Assembly: GCA_035647695.1 (NCBI GenBank)
Contig: DASRMY010000074.1
Location: 1 to 24,440 of the forward strand
Origin: Treponemataceae bacterium
Lineage (GTDB): Bacteria; Spirochaetota; Spirochaetia; Treponematales; Treponemataceae
Direction of reading: 5' to 3'
DNA: 24,440 nucleotides
Shown here one piece after another: positions 1-7,889 of this stretch (positions are counted from its first letter, which is position 1; each line of letters opens with the position of its first letter). The translations under genes and the position numbers were made by a program. A model generated the notes under the pieces. It saw only the letters and a program-made list of their open reading frames with translations, was not told where the DNA came from and searched no databases.

Positions 1-314
1 GTACCACATAGTTTTGATGCAATAGCAGCAGCATATCCACATCCAGAACCTATTTCTAATATCTTATTTCCTGGTTGTATATTAAGTTTATCAAGAATAA
101 ATGCGACCATACTTGGTTGCGAACACGTTTGATTATAACCAATAGCTACTGGCTTATCTAAATATGCATATTGTCGAACATTTTCAGGAAGAAAATCCGC
201 CCGGTCAACTTCTAACATTTTTTCTAACACGCGCTCATTTCTTTTAGTTTCATCTAAATAATGACAAGCTCTTTTTCTGATTAAATCAATCAATGTAGTA
301 TTTGATTTTACCAT
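1..314 (-). CDS. pcm: Protein-L-isoaspartate O-methyltransferase, N-terminal 104 codons (runs off the window edge)
   Basis: Not in the ORF track; hand-translated from ATG at 314, which has a GGGAGG RBS: MVKSNTT...VDRADFLPENVRQYAYLDKPVAIGYNQTCSQPSMVAFILDKLNIQPGNKILEIGSGCGYAAAIAS. Shows the PCMT pre-motif (R..F...AY.D.P..IG..QT.SQP.MV) and SAM motif I (ILEIGSGCGY). Confidence 0.92.
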   Translation of the reverse strand, partial: MVKSNTTLIDLIRKRACHYLDETKRNERVLEKMLEVDRADFLPENVRQYAYLDKPVAIGYNQTCSQPSMVAFILDKLNIQPGNKILEIGSGCGYAAAIASKLCG

Positions 315-359
315 AACAACCTCCCAAATTGGTTCGACACCCGTATATATTTGTATCTA

Positions 360-1265
360 CTATGCACGACGAGTCAATCCATATTTCTCTGCCATCCGTA
401 TGGCCTTCTGATACTCTTCAGCAGAAATTACGGCGTCAAGCTCAGGAAACTGACGAGCCGTGCCTGACACTCTATACTGGTCCATGATGTTTATATAGCA
501 ATCAACCGATATTTCTTCGGCCAAAAACTTTAGAATAGCATCAGTTTCTGCCTCACCGCCCGGCATCAGCAGATGCCGGACTATGAGTCCTTGTTCTGCT
601 TCGCCTCGTGTATTTATCTTAAGATCTCCCACCTGCCGCTGCATCTCTTTGAGGGCCATTCGAGCTATTTTAGGATAATCCTCTGCGTCAGCATACCTCT
701 TAGCTGAATCTGCAGACCAAAACTTAAAGTCAGGCATATAGATATCAACTATGCCGTCCAATAGTTGCAGAGTAGGAACACTGTCATATCCACTGCTGTT
801 ATACACAATTGGCACTCTAAGACCCTTTTCTACTGCATGAGGGAGTGCGGCAAGAATTTGCGGTACTATGTGACCCGGGGTAACCAGGTTGATATTATTG
901 CAACCCTGCTCCTGCAAATTTACCATCAACCTGGCAAGCTGCATCTCATCAACTGCAAAACAGTCCGAATTTTCAGCATGGCTAATATCATAATTCTGGC
1001 AAAAAACGCAGAGGAGACTGCAGCCACAGAAAAAGATGGTTCCCGAACCACGCTTGCCCACCAGCACAGCCTCCTCCCCAAAATGGGGGCCATAGCTGCA
1101 AACATTTGCGGGAGCTCCTGTACTACACAGACCATGCCCGCCAGATAGACGCTTCGCATTACAACTACGTGGACATGCAATACAATTTTTTAACAATCGT
1201 CGACTCTCAACAATCCTTTGAGACAGAAGGCCTGTTTGTGCAGCTTCCAGATAAGAACTTACCAT
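360..1265 (-). CDS. Radical SAM protein, PflX/COG1313-like (function unknown)
   Basis: 301 aa with CxxxCxxC (CSLLCVFC) in GSGTIFFCGCSLLCVFCQN, an extra N-terminal CxxCPRxC (CIACPRSC), and NINLVTP, VYNSSGY, DIYMPDFKF and LIVRHLLMPG motifs. GGAGG RBS precedes ATG 1265. Confidence 0.85.
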   Translation of the reverse strand: MVSSYLEAAQTGLLSQRIVESRRLLKNCIACPRSCNAKRLSGGHGLCSTGAPANVCSYGPHFGEEAVLVGKRGSGTIFFCGCSLLCVFCQNYDISHAENSDCFAVDEMQLARLMVNLQEQGCNNINLVTPGHIVPQILAALPHAVEKGLRVPIVYNSSGYDSVPTLQLLDGIVDIYMPDFKFWSADSAKRYADAEDYPKIARMALKEMQRQVGDLKINTRGEAEQGLIVRHLLMPGGEAETDAILKFLAEEISVDCYINIMDQYRVSGTARQFPELDAVISAEEYQKAIRMAEKYGLTRRA

Positions 1266-1331
1266 ACATATACCTCCATGAGAACCAAATACATAGCTCC
1301 ATAGTATTACATGCCAGTTTTCTCGTCAAAC

Positions 1332-2960
1332 TTACGCCATCATGAGTTCGATATCTGAATCGGCAGTACCTATTCCGGCAATACCAAATTTTTCTACCAA
1401 AACTTTTGCAACATTCGGGGACAAGAAGCCGGGAAGGGTTGGTCCGAGGTGAATGTTTTTTACACCTAAAAATAGGAGTGCTAAAAGTACAATAACAGCC
1501 TTTTGTTCGTACCAGGCAATATTGTATACAATTGGCAATTTGTTAATGTCGTCGAGGCCAAAGACTTCTTTGAGCTTGAGGGCAATAACAGCAAGTGAAT
1601 ACGAGTCGTTACACTGGCCTGCATCGAGCACGCGAGGAATCCCGCCTATATCACCCAGTTTTAGTTTATTGTACCGGTATTTTGCGCAACCAGCGGTAAG
1701 AATAACGGTATCTTTTGGAAGCTTTTGAGCAAACTCGGTGTAATAATCTCTGGACTTCATTCTTCCGTCGCAACCAGCCATAACAAAGAACTTTTTAATA
1801 GCTCCTGTTTTAACAGCCTTCACAACCTTATCTGCAAGAGCAAGAACCTGATTATGGGCAAAGCCGCCGACAATAGTTCCGCTTTCAATTTCTTCAGGGG
1901 AAGAAAGTGTTTTTGCAAGGGCTATAATTTGAGAAAAATCTTTTTTACCGTTTTTGTCTGCAACAATATGGGTACAGCCGGGGTAGCCAGTTGAACCAGT
2001 GGTAAAGATTCTCTTTCTCACTTCTTCGCTTTTTGGAGGAACGATACAGTTCGTTGTAAAAAGAATGGGACCCTTAAAAGAAACAAACTCTTCAAGCTGT
2101 TTCCACCAAGCGTTTCCATAGTTACCAGCAAAGTTATCATACTTCTTAAACGCAGGGTAATAGTGAGCGGGCAGCATTTCACCGTGAGTGTAGACATCCA
2201 CTCCGCTTCCCTTTGTCTGCTCAAGAAGTTGCTCTAAGTCAACCAAGTCGTGACCTGAAATTAAAATAGCAGGGTTTTTTCGCACCCCAATAGTAACTTC
2301 GGTAATTTCTGGGTTACCGTACTTAGTGGTATTTGCAGTATCCAACAGTTCCATAGCCTTTACACCGTATTCACCGGTTTTTAATGTGAGGGCTACTAAG
2401 TCATCAGCGGTAAGGCTGTCATTTAATGTAGCGGCTAAAGCTTCATATACAAAGGCATTTATGTCGAGGTTTTCATTGCCAATATTATTGGCGTGTTCGA
2501 CATAAGCCGCCATACCTTTAAGTCCGTAAATAATCATTTCCCTCAAAGAGCGAACATCTTCGTTTTCAGTTGAAAGAACCCCAACAGACGCTGCCTTCGC
2601 AATCATAGTTTCGCGAGTATCAACCGTAAATGTCGCCGCGTCGTGCAGGCCAGAAACTGTCACAGTCTTGCGAAGATCATCTCGAGCGAAAAGCATCTTT
2701 GTAATCTGCTTTGCAAGCGAATCTTCATCAAAATTAGCGTTTGTAATAGTCGTAAAAAGACTACTTAAAACGTCATAATTAGTCGCCCCAAGAGTGGCAA
2801 CGTCAACCTTTCCTTTTATAACTATATCCGAAATGCCTTTCAGTGTATAAATAAGAAGATCCTGAAGTTTTGCAACTTCTTCATTTTTTCCGCACACACC
2901 CTTAATTGTACAGCCGGTGTTTTTCACTGTTTCCTGACACTGATAGCAAAACATACTCAT
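1332..2960 (-). CDS. hcp: Hybrid cluster protein (hydroxylamine reductase / NO reductase), class I-type
   Basis: Start moved to ATG 2960 ([11 protein letters not shown]), which has an AGGAGA RBS; 542 aa. N-terminal C-x2-C-x8-C-x5-C, plus [26 protein letters not shown] and GQCND and WYEQKA motifs. Confidence 0.95.
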   Translation of the reverse strand: MSMFCYQCQETVKNTGCTIKGVCGKNEEVAKLQDLLIYTLKGISDIVIKGKVDVATLGATNYDVLSSLFTTITNANFDEDSLAKQITKMLFARDDLRKTVTVSGLHDAATFTVDTRETMIAKAASVGVLSTENEDVRSLREMIIYGLKGMAAYVEHANNIGNENLDINAFVYEALAATLNDSLTADDLVALTLKTGEYGVKAMELLDTANTTKYGNPEITEVTIGVRKNPAILISGHDLVDLEQLLEQTKGSGVDVYTHGEMLPAHYYPAFKKYDNFAGNYGNAWWKQLEEFVSFKGPILFTTNCIVPPKSEEVRKRIFTTGSTGYPGCTHIVADKNGKKDFSQIIALAKTLSSPEEIESGTIVGGFAHNQVLALADKVVKAVKTGAIKKFFVMAGCDGRMKSRDYYTEFAQKLPKDTVILTAGCAKYRYNKLKLGDIGGIPRVLDAGQCNDSYSLAVIALKLKEVFGLDDINKLPIVYNIAWYEQKAVIVLLALLFLGVKNIHLGPTLPGFLSPNVAKVLVEKFGIAGIGTADSDIELMMA

Positions 2961-3000
2961 CGCATTTTCTCCTAAAAAATCATATTTCAGTAAGCTCGGT

Positions 3001-4182
3001 TTATACCAAACTCTTTCCAAATTCTACTGCCGCTTGTAAAGCTACATCATCTGCATTCCACAAATTCCTCAAACCATCATTTATTATTTCAAACCCTGCA
3101 CCTTGCATTACCGTGTTTATTTCTTTTACCGCCTCTCCGCTCCAGCCATAGCAACCAAAGGCAGCAGCTTTTTTACCTTTAAACTTCATCTGTTTTATCA
3201 TATGCATAAGGCTTGCAACCGAATGTAATGTCGTGTTCGAAACCGTAGGTGAGCCAATAACCACTGTTTTAGACTTAAACACTTCTGTAATAAGATCGTT
3301 CTGGTCGCTTTTAGAAATATTGTGCAATTTTACCCGCACCTCTGGGTCAGCGAGAGCAATTCCTTCTGCAATTCGCTCAGCCACCTGCTTCGTTCCATTC
3401 CACATGGTGTCGTAAATAATTGCAATTTGGTTTTCCTGATAATCTTTCGACCAGTCTAGGTATTTTCCGATTATTTGAGCTGGATTATCTCTCCAAATAA
3501 CGCCATGGCTTGTCGCGATCATTTCGATAGGCAAGTTCATCGCAATCACTTCATCGAGTTTTTTTCGAAGCTGCACATTAAAGGGAGTTAAAATATTAGC
3601 AAAATATTTAATCGATTCTTGAAAAAGCTCACATTGGTCTACTTGGTCGTTAAATAAATGTTCGGTCGCCATGTGCTGACCAAAAGCATCATTACTAAAT
3701 AAAATATTATCGCCCGTAAGGTAGGTCGCCATGCTATCTGGCCAGTGCAACATCATCATCTCAACAAAAACGAGCTTTTTTCCATTCCCAATCTCAATAG
3801 AATCGCCCGTTTTTACGACCTTAAAATTCCAATCCTGATGATACTGCCCCTTCAAAGATTTCACCGCATTCGCAGTACAATAAATTGGTGTGTCCGGAAT
3901 ATGCTTCATAAGAGCAGGAAGCGCGCCACTGTGGTCAACTTCCCCATGATTCGCAATTATAAAATCAATTTTTTTCAAGTCCACTTCTTTGGCCAAGTTT
4001 TCAACAAATTCGTCCGCAAAGGGTGCCCAAACCGTATCAATGAGAACCGTTTTTTCTTCCTGAATTAAAAAAGAATTATAGGTTGAACCCTTATGAGTCG
4101 AATATTCGTTCCCATGAAAACTTTCCAGCTCCCAATCAACCTTTCCAACCCAATTAACATTACCTTTAACGTGTTTCTTCAT
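3001..4182 (-). CDS. fprA: Class A flavodiiron protein (FprA family; metallo-beta-lactamase plus flavodoxin domains), NO/O2 reductase
   Basis: 393 aa with diiron ligands [23 protein letters not shown] and TSHG, and flavodoxin motif YDTMWNGT. No rubredoxin tail. AGGAG RBS. Confidence 0.9.
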   Translation of the reverse strand: MKKHVKGNVNWVGKVDWELESFHGNEYSTHKGSTYNSFLIQEEKTVLIDTVWAPFADEFVENLAKEVDLKKIDFIIANHGEVDHSGALPALMKHIPDTPIYCTANAVKSLKGQYHQDWNFKVVKTGDSIEIGNGKKLVFVEMMMLHWPDSMATYLTGDNILFSNDAFGQHMATEHLFNDQVDQCELFQESIKYFANILTPFNVQLRKKLDEVIAMNLPIEMIATSHGVIWRDNPAQIIGKYLDWSKDYQENQIAIIYDTMWNGTKQVAERIAEGIALADPEVRVKLHNISKSDQNDLITEVFKSKTVVIGSPTVSNTTLHSVASLMHMIKQMKFKGKKAAAFGCYGWSGEAVKEINTVMQGAGFEIINDGLRNLWNADDVALQAAVEFGKSLV

Positions 4183-4227
4183 CGCAACTTCGCTCCTTTA
4201 TGAATGTGTATATCGAACCTAGATTTA

Positions 4228-4272
4228 AGTATACTATACTTTAGTCCGTTTTGCCTGTTGAAAATGCAGCAC
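4228..4272 (-). promoter_or_regulatory. Putative fprA-hcp promoter: -10 TATACT plus an imperfect 5-6-5 palindrome (candidate CRP/FNR-family, HcpR-like site)
   Basis: -10 TATACT at 4228-4233 (alternative TATAGT at 4233-4238). TGTTG-AAAATG-CAGCA at 4256-4271, centred about 42 bp upstream of the expected TSS. No good -35. Confidence 0.4.
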
Positions 4273-4427
4273 AGTCGATGTTTGTTAAGAATTAAAACTG
4301 AGGCATGGCGGAAGAAACTCAACTAAAACTACGCCTCATGGAAACGTACTCTATTTAGTATTATATATTGACCGAGTGATGCGTTAGGCGTGTCATTTTA
4401 TTGGAGGGAAAAAGGTATGTTTTTGAA

Positions 4428-4556
4428 ATGAAAAAAAAGATTATCTGGTCACAAGATGCAAGCGATGATTTAATTGATATTATTTCTTATATCAAGAAAA
4501 AATCCGGTAAAAAATTGCAACGGATATTTTTTAGCGATTTGAAATATTTTTTTTGA
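4428..4556 (+). pseudogene. Truncated ParE/RelE-family toxin remnant (42 codons)
   Basis: Hand translation: MKKKIIWSQDASDDLIDIISYIKKKSGKKLQRIFFSDLKYFF*. The first ~28 aa match the ParE N-terminal pattern (IIWS..A..DL..I..YI). The likeness ends at about the point where the opposite-strand NT5C gene stops (4531). Confidence 0.7.
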
Positions 4557-5043
4557 GTGAATAAAGGTATTTTGTGATTTTTTGCCAATTGGGGTATTCT
4601 GGTGAGCCAAATTTGATTAGGATTCCGGCAAAGTCTTTGGCACCGTTTTTGTCCCGGTCGTCTATGAGAAAATCTCCGCTGTTTAAGTTCTTATGGTGTG
4701 AAAGGATAAGTCTTTTGTGGGCTTTCTCTCCGAGATGTTTTTTGACCCATTCAAGCTTGTCTGACCATGCCGAAGGGTTGTTCCAAGGTGCGGTGGAAAG
4801 AATGTAGGTGTCATACCAATCGGCAAGAAGATTGAATGCCTCTGTTGCTCCCTCCATCGGTTCCATGAGGGCAAAAATTCCAGGAACTTCGTCGAGCCTT
4901 CCTTCATACTCGGATTGAACAGCCTGAGTTAGACGATCTATTCCAGTTTTGAAATCGACTAAAACATTATCCATATCGATATACACTATCTGTGTTGATT
5001 TTTGGCCTTTGACTGGATCTAAGGCTACAAATGATACATCCAT
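4531..5043 (-). CDS. 5'(3')-deoxyribonucleotidase, NT5C family HAD hydrolase
   Basis: 170 aa with HAD motif I YIDMDNVLVDF, YILSTAPW, K..WV..H and motif IV GDFLIDD. GAGGAG RBS upstream of ATG 5043. Confidence 0.85.
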   Translation of the reverse strand: MDVSFVALDPVKGQKSTQIVYIDMDNVLVDFKTGIDRLTQAVQSEYEGRLDEVPGIFALMEPMEGATEAFNLLADWYDTYILSTAPWNNPSAWSDKLEWVKKHLGEKAHKRLILSHHKNLNSGDFLIDDRDKNGAKDFAGILIKFGSPEYPNWQKITKYLYSLKKNISNR

Positions 5044-5185
5044 GCTTTATTATCTCCTCGCGCAAATTTGTTTTGGCTTCTTCTATTGTTTCACCTTGTC
5101 CGTTAGCACCGGGTATTTCTGGACAAATTGCCCAAAAGCCACCTTCTGATGCTTTTTCTAAAATCGCAGTAAATTCAGCTTTCAT
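4967..5185 (-). pseudogene. hicB: HicB-family antitoxin; N-terminal 43 aa look intact, C-terminus is replaced by read-through into the NT5C gene
   Basis: ATG 5185 with AGGAG RBS: MKAEFTAILEKASEGGFWAICPEIPGANGQGETIEEAKTNLRE is a typical HicB N-terminal fold sequence. The rest overlaps NT5C by 77 bp in another frame. No hicA seen. Confidence 0.7.
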
Positions 5186-5247
5186 AGCAAACTCCTGTAT
5201 CTTTATTATCGCATGTTCCTGTGAAGTCTGCCATTCATTCACTACTG

Positions 5248-5289
5248 ATTTTATATCGTAAAAAAAATATGTACAATTTTTACGATATA
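5248..5289 (-). promoter_or_regulatory. Sigma70 promoter for hicB/NT5C overlapped by a 13-bp inverted repeat (operator)
   Basis: TTGTAC (5271-5276) - 17 bp - TAAAAT (5248-5253). Perfect inverted repeat TATATCGTAAAAA (5252-5264) / TTTTTACGATATA (5277-5289). Confidence 0.65.
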
Positions 5290-5297
5290 TTCTGTGC

Positions 5298-5342
5298 AAA
5301 ACAAACAAAGGTGAGTGGCGATTTCGCTCCCCTTTGTTCATT
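5298..5342 (-). terminator. Intrinsic terminator-like hairpin
   Basis: Minus strand AACAAAGG...CCTTTGTT (8 bp, extendable with G-U pairs only on this strand) with an internal GCG/CGC stem, ending in the U-rich tail TTTGTTTGTTTT. Confidence 0.55.
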
Positions 5343-5418
5343 CTTCGAACGGCTGTGAGAATCGTGAGCACGGTACCCCGGGCTCATTGCGCCCCTTGTC
5401 GAGCGTTCTGCCTCGATT
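5298..5418 (-). ncRNA. Candidate structured RNA (sRNA or cis-regulatory leader), family unassigned
   Basis: GC-rich island in AT-rich intergenic DNA with nested helices AATCG/CGATT, CGCTC/GGGCG and TGAGCCCGG/CCGTGCTCA, followed by a terminator-like hairpin. Confidence 0.35.
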
Positions 5419-5753
5419 TAAATTTTTGTATACTGTACAGTAGAATAGACTGAACGGAACGGATAATGGTGGCAAGGTAGGTGTTGCACTCGCAAACATT
5501 AAAAAGTGATAGCACGCCTTTGGGTATTGGAGTCTTGACTGGTGATTCTGATTAAACGGGTCAAAAAAAGCCTTTGTATGGTCAAATTGACCCGATAAAT
5601 GACCTTTTAAAGATACTAAAAAATTATCCGGAAGCTGGATATCAAAAAATGCTTTCCACAATATTTTCAGCAGGAGTTGTGCTTTTGGTGTATAATTAAA
5701 TTTTACAGGAGATAGTTTTTGCCGACAATTACAATAAGAATCTCAAAATAAGG

Positions 5754-7889
5754 ATGATGAAGATGAAAAGCTTTGAACTGCTTGGAGAAATGGCATTAGT
5801 TTTGATGAAAGCTGGGGTTTTTGAGACTCAGATGCAAACTGCGCTAGATCTTATAGGTGAATATACTGGTGTTTCTCGGGTTTATATTTTTATTGACAAT
5901 ACAGATGAAATGACCACAAGCAATACTTTTGAGTGGTGTAATGAAGGTGTAGCTCCTCATATAGAGCATCTACAAAATATGCCTGACTCAAATACTCCTT
6001 CTTGGAAAAAGATACTGAGAGAGCAAGGGTTTATGTATTCAGAAAACATACAGGAACTTCCAATAGATCTGATTGAAATACTTGAACCTCAAGGGATCAA
6101 GTCAATTTTGTCGTATCCTTTGATTATTGATTCAAAAATGCAAGGTTTTATTGGGTTCGATGACTGCACAGACAACCGGCACTGGGAAGAGTCTGAAATG
6201 GATTTACTCAAGACGATATCCCGCTTTATCTCGACCGTGTATGACCGCAAATTATATCGCGATAACTTAGAAAAATCGGAAAAGAATTTTAAATCTCTTT
6301 TTGATACTATCGATGATATTCTTCTAATTGGGACTATGGAGAGTAAAATTCTTTTTTGTAATGAAGCGGGATGTAAAAAACTTGGGTTTACAATAGAAGA
6401 ATTACAGGGTCTTTCACTTTTAGATATGCATCCTGAAGACAAGAGAGAAGCTGCCTCTGCTGTTTTAGGAGAAATGATGAGAGGCGAGCGAAGTTATTGT
6501 CCACTTGAAGCACAAAGAAAAAATGGAGATCGGTTTCCTATTGAAACTCGTGCATGGTTTGGAACGTGGGATGGACAAGAGTGCATTTTTGGTTTGTCTA
6601 AGGATTTAAGCTCAGAGCAAGAAGCCTTGCAAAAATTTACAAAACTTTTTGAAAACAATCCAGCGCTAATGGTTATTAGCAGTATGACTGATAGAAAAAT
6701 TACAGAAGTAAATAAATCCTTTTTGAAAAAAACAGGATACTCTGCAGCTGAAGTTATTGGCAAGACAAGTGCGGAATTGGGTATATTCGTAGATCCGGTC
6801 ATATTGCAAGAGGCAATGAGTGATTTGAAACGTACAGGAACTCTTCACGACGTTGAAATTGACGTAAAACGCAAAGATGGAAGTATCCTTCATGGGCTTT
6901 TATCTGGGGAATTAATAGAAACCCAAGGGGAAAAATTTTATTTAACTGTTATGGTGGATATTACCGAGCAAAAAAAACTGCATAAAATCCTTGATGACCA
7001 GAAATTACGACTAACCAATATAATTGAAGGAACCCAGCTCGGGACATGGGAGTGGAATATACAAACAAGTGCTCTCATTTGTAATGAAAGGTGGGCTGAG
7101 ATTCTGGGCTATGCTCTCGAAGAATTAGAGCCGGTAAGTATTGAAACCTGGAAAGGATTAACACATCATGAGGATCTTACACAATCTGATTTTCTTTTGA
7201 GTGAACATTTTAACAAAAAATCAGATTTTTATGAGTATGAAGCTCGAATGAAACATACGGACGGGCATTGGGTTTGGGTTCAAGATAGAGGTAAGCTCAT
7301 TGAGTGGGACGCTCAAGGTAATCCTCTGATGATGTTTGGTACTCATGCCGACATATCTGAAAAAAAAGAAATGGAAGAAAAAATAATTGCAGTTTCAATT
7401 CGAGATCCCCTTACAAATGTGTATAACCGCAGATATATTACAAATATTTTTGAAGGTATTCGCTCAGAATATAAACAATTAGAAAGCTGTTTTTCAGTTG
7501 CTATTATTGACCTTGATTTTTTCAAAGCAGTAAATGACACATACGGGCATCAGGCAGGGGATTTTATACTTAAAGAAGTATCGCGTTTGATTGGCGAAAA
7601 TTTGAGTCCGCACGATTTGCTCGCTCGCTGGGGCGGGGAAGAATTCCTTGTTATCCTACCAATGTTTACGCGAGATGAGGCTAAAACAAAGATCGATGGT
7701 ATTCGCGAAAAGGTCTCAAACGAGGTGTTTGTCTACAATAATGAGACCATAACAATTACATTTAGCGCAGGCATTTCTGACTGCACAGAATACACCGAAA
7801 AAGATAGTTCTTCGTACAGCATTTTTGATACTGCCGACAAACGATTATACGAAGCAAAAGCAACTGGCAGGAATAGAACTATCGCCTGA
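5754..7889 (+). CDS. Cytoplasmic diguanylate cyclase, GAF-PAS-PAS-PAS-GGDEF
   Basis: 711 aa as tracked; ATG 5763 may be the true start given AAGGA at 5750-5754. GAF (RVYIF...FEWC...GFIGFDD...W...E..LL), three PAS/PAC segments (LLDMHPED; FLKKTGYS..EVIGK; GTWEWN...H.EDL...GHWVWV), DPLTNVYNRR, DLDFFKAVNDTYGH and RWGGEEF. Confidence 0.92.
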   Translation: MMKMKSFELLGEMALVLMKAGVFETQMQTALDLIGEYTGVSRVYIFIDNTDEMTTSNTFEWCNEGVAPHIEHLQNMPDSNTPSWKKILREQGFMYSENIQELPIDLIEILEPQGIKSILSYPLIIDSKMQGFIGFDDCTDNRHWEESEMDLLKTISRFISTVYDRKLYRDNLEKSEKNFKSLFDTIDDILLIGTMESKILFCNEAGCKKLGFTIEELQGLSLLDMHPEDKREAASAVLGEMMRGERSYCPLEAQRKNGDRFPIETRAWFGTWDGQECIFGLSKDLSSEQEALQKFTKLFENNPALMVISSMTDRKITEVNKSFLKKTGYSAAEVIGKTSAELGIFVDPVILQEAMSDLKRTGTLHDVEIDVKRKDGSILHGLLSGELIETQGEKFYLTVMVDITEQKKLHKILDDQKLRLTNIIEGTQLGTWEWNIQTSALICNERWAEILGYALEELEPVSIETWKGLTHHEDLTQSDFLLSEHFNKKSDFYEYEARMKHTDGHWVWVQDRGKLIEWDAQGNPLMMFGTHADISEKKEMEEKIIAVSIRDPLTNVYNRRYITNIFEGIRSEYKQLESCFSVAIIDLDFFKAVNDTYGHQAGDFILKEVSRLIGENLSPHDLLARWGGEEFLVILPMFTRDEAKTKIDGIREKVSNEVFVYNNETITITFSAGISDCTEYTEKDSSSYSIFDTADKRLYEAKATGRNRTIA

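Noticed and set aside
4290-4350. Loose direct repeat (AAxTAAAACT...CATGG...ACTC twice) with a TGAGGC/GCCTCA inversion
   Set aside because: Only two degenerate copies with gaps; too weak to call a CRISPR remnant or binding site.
4317-4389. Integron attC-like ends: ACTCAAC (RYYYAAC) at 4317-4323 and GTTAGGC (GTTRRRY) at 4383-4389, just before the ParE remnant
   Set aside because: The 73-bp interval does not fold into the long imperfect hairpin with L boxes, the two cores are poorly complementary, there is no second copy, and no integrase is in the window.
5040-5050. KHGC in the HicB read-through tail resembles a HicA N-terminal motif
   Set aside because: A four-residue match that is explained by overlap with the NT5C start codon; the HicA REG..H motif does not follow.
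5298-5355. Resemblance to group II intron domains V-VI (AGCCG...; hairpin with an unpaired A)
   Set aside because: No 34-nt domain V stem, no AY terminus and no upstream intron or RT sequence.
5186-5371. N-terminal extension of the 134-aa ORF upstream of the HicB start
   Set aside because: It spans the promoter and operator; the AGGAG RBS points to ATG 5185.
5431-5442. 12-bp palindrome TACTGTACAGTA, reminiscent of LexA half-sites
   Set aside because: It lacks the 8-bp spacer of a CTGT-N8-ACAG box, and about 6 such palindromes are expected by chance in 24 kb (24440/4^6).
5338-5661. 107-aa minus-strand ORF, with faint Rpn/YhgA-like FFDIQLP
   Set aside because: No RBS, no further motif, and it runs through the structured element. 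A decayed gene in 5460-5700 cannot be excluded but is unsupported.
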